A stretch of 64,000 bases of DNA from an uncultured Actinomycetes bacterium (GTDB taxonomy: Bacteria; Actinomycetota; Thermoleophilia; UBA2241), in assembly GCA_963725665.1 (NCBI GenBank), contig CAVRZA010000011.1:288001-352000 (forward strand), in the 5' to 3' direction. The notes beneath the pieces were generated by a model. The model saw nothing but the letters and a program-made list of their open reading frames with translations, was not told the origin of the DNA and searched no databases. Shown one piece after another: positions 63,118 through 64,000 of this stretch (position 1 is its first letter; every line of letters starts with the position of its first letter). Position numbers and translations under genes: made by a program.

Positions 63118-64000
63118 GGTCCCCGTGCGCGATCCCAGATCGACGGCAGTGACAGCCAGACGACCGGAAGGACGAAGCAGGCGAGCGTGAACAGCCAGAC
63201 GGGGTCGAACAGCCCCGGCCAGGGGTCGTCGAGCAACGGGTAGTAGCCGTAGCGGAACAGGCCGGCCACCAGACCACCGACGAGAGCGCAGCCCGCCAGG
63301 AGCGCGAGCAGGCCGGTGAGGAGGTCGATCGACCGCCGTCGCCGATCGCGGCGCCAAAAGGTGCGGCCGGGGCGGCCGTAGCCGCGCGCCGCCATCGACT
63401 CGGCGATGTCCATAGCGCGCTCGAGACTCTGCGTGGAGAGGGCGGCGAGAAGCGGCAGGCGCGCCGCGATGCGCTCGCGCCTGCCGCCGGCGTCGAGCTC
63501 GATGCCGCGCGAGCGCTGGGCGTCGGCGATGCGCCGTCCGTCGCGGCTCAGCACTGGGAAGAGCCGCGTCGCCAGGGAGACGATGAGGCCCGACCGGAAC
63601 GAGAGGCGCGACAGGAGCTCGAGCTGGTCGTCGGTGTCGAGGACCACAGTGTAGAGGGCGAAGGCGAGCACCACGACCGCGAGGCGCAAGGCCGTGCCGA
63701 GGCCGAAGGCGATGCCCTGGATGGTCACCGTGGGATGCCAGAAACCGAGATCGAACTGCCAGAGCACGTCGAGACCGGCGGGGCTGAAGAGCGGGTTGAG
63801 GATCGCCAGGAAGAGCCCCGTCGTTAGAGCGATCATCAGATATGGAAGGGCGGCGCGCAGGCGGCCGGCCGTGGCGAGGATGACGAGCTCGAGGACGAAG
63901 AGCACGGCGAGCTGCAGCGGATTTCCGATAACCAGGCCGGCCGCCGCCAGCGCCGCCACGTAGGCGAAGCCGGCCACAGGGTGCAGGCGGGCGAGGCCGC
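63108..64000 (-). CDS. ECF transporter T component (5' end runs off the window)
   Basis: R.FP......R.I.DAQRSRG and A.SM.ARGY conserved Arg motifs. Confidence 0.9.
   Translation of the reverse strand, partial: GLARLHPVAGFAYVAALAAAGLVIGNPLQLAVLFVLELVILATAGRLRAALPYLMIALTTGLFLAILNPLFSPAGLDVLWQFDLGFWHPTVTIQGIAFGLGTALRLAVVVLAFALYTVVLDTDDQLELLSRLSFRSGLIVSLATRLFPVLSRDGRRIADAQRSRGIELDAGGRRERIAARLPLLAALSTQSLERAMDIAESMAARGYGRPGRTFWRRDRRRRSIDLLTGLLALLAGCALVGGLVAGLFRYGYYPLLDDPWPGLFDPVWLFTLACFVLPVVWLSLPSIWDRARGPWR

Overview
A very GC-rich (about 70% by eye) bacterial chromosome segment spanning the replication origin. Gene order and promoter style suggest a deep-branching Actinomycetota such as Thermoleophilia (inference). 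The core block is a DnaA-box cluster, a GHKL-ATPase/wHTH gene, dnaA, an oriC unwinding region, then dnaN-yaaA-recF-dciA-gyrB-gyrA. A parS site lies at about 40.1 kb and rsmG-parA-parB is displaced to about 55 kb. The most striking accessory element is a glycine-riboswitch-led operon encoding a plant-HPR1-like hydroxypyruvate reductase, a PLP aminotransferase, a GcvT-SHMT fusion and a glycerate kinase; together these resemble the glycine-serine-hydroxypyruvate-glycerate half of photorespiration. Other modules: a TPP-riboswitch thiT-thiN operon whose aptamer carries a 35-nt two-hairpin insertion; a B12-dependent lysine 5,6-aminomutase cluster without kamA or kce but with a thiolase; a 2014-aa HTH-7xGAF-HDGYP-GGDEF-HDGYP protein and an orphan FlgM, both behind sigma28-type promoters; an OmpR-family two-component system with htrA; and an ECF transporter operon with an alpha-barrel surface protein plus MotA/TolQ and DUF2149. 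There is one tRNA-Ala(CGC). I found no CRISPR array, rRNA or intact mobile element. Five genes carry single-base frameshifts that are probably assembly errors. All family calls come from motif recognition by eye, not database searches.
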